Position numbers and translations under genes: made by a program
In this document: positions 63,380 to 64,000 of the stretch, in pieces
How the letters are laid out: each line of letters opens with the position of its first letter
Position numbering within the stretch: the stretch's first letter is position 1
Assembly: GCF_006345805.1 (NCBI RefSeq)
Contig: NC_043010.1
Location: 32,240,001 to 32,304,000 of the forward strand
Source of the DNA: Octopus sinensis
Lineage: Eukaryota
DNA length: 64,000 bases
Direction of reading: 5' to 3'
The notes under the pieces: model-generated
Seen by the model: the letters and a program-made list of their open reading frames with translations, nothing else
Database searches by the model: none
What the model was told of the DNA's origin: nothing

Positions 63380-64000
63380 CATTATAAATAATTGAAATAT
63401 TTGAATGTCTTTCTAAATTTATGATAATATCTTAAAGTAAAGTGCCTATTAAAATTCAATAAAATTAATTTAGAAGTAATTATATAATACATTTCTTTGA
63501 GGCAAAGATCACAAGTAGAATTACCAGTATTATACAATGGTGCATAGCTAATATTGGACCACTTTAAATCATATTTAATATTCTTATCCAAATGCATTTA
63601 CTAAAATTAGTAGAATTACATTTTCTTCTATATTTAAAGGAATTAGAATGATCATAAAATCTAGATTTCCATCTATTAGCAGAAGAACCAATATACCAAA
63701 ACCTATAATGTCTGGTTATTACTTTACATTGATATTTTATATTCATCTGTAAACACTGTTTTTCTGAAGGGTATAGAGTTTTGTTTACACAATTACACAT
63801 GGATTTATTCACTTGTAAATTGCACTCATAGTTGAAAGAATTTCTATTAGCACCCATCTGCAAATAGGTGTTAAAGTAGGATTATAATAATTATCATTAT
63901 TAGAATTAATATTAACAGCATTTTGATCAATTAAAGAATCTAAACCTTGTTCCAAATGATTATCAATTACATTACTTTCAGTAGACTTATAATCAGTTCT
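63380..64000 (-). mobile_element. AT-rich Hydra-type PLE, linker + GIY-YIG end, running off the window
   Basis: CNCVNK..KQCLQMNIKYQCKV..WYIGSSANRWKSRFYDH; LKWSNISYAPLYNTGNSTCDLCLKE. Confidence 0.85.

Overview
AT-rich, microsatellite-laden eukaryotic non-coding DNA. The SINE and LINE families match those I know from octopus genomes, so this is probably Octopus sp. (inference). I found no credible host protein-coding exon. Most ORFs in the track are microsatellite read-throughs or transposon debris. The window is a nest of mobile elements: five copies of a Penelope-like retroelement (PLE) with C-terminal GIY-YIG that I assign to the Hydra-type clade, a decayed Penelope/Poseidon-type PLE, RTE LINE fragments and 3'UTRs, several tRNA-derived SINE families, four large mariner DD34D relics (one full-length with perfect TIRs), a rosa/DD41D relic, a hAT relic, non-autonomous Helitrons, a solo LTR, MITEs and long hairpins. 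The main signal is a set of type I hammerhead ribozyme (HHR) motifs. The near-intact PLE at 5367-9057 carries an HHR with a long stem/loop II and a palindromic stem III in both arms of a ~240-bp inverted terminal repeat. An unrelated-sequence HHR with the same architecture sits in a non-coding ~430-bp module inserted into a (TA)n tract (18155-18585). Further minimal or degenerate HHRs occur at about 5.1, 10.7, 22.8 and 28.9 kb. The two long-loop HHR types share a GGATTTT..GTAA motif in loop II that looks like a splice donor. All folds and family assignments were made by eye and need computational and experimental confirmation.
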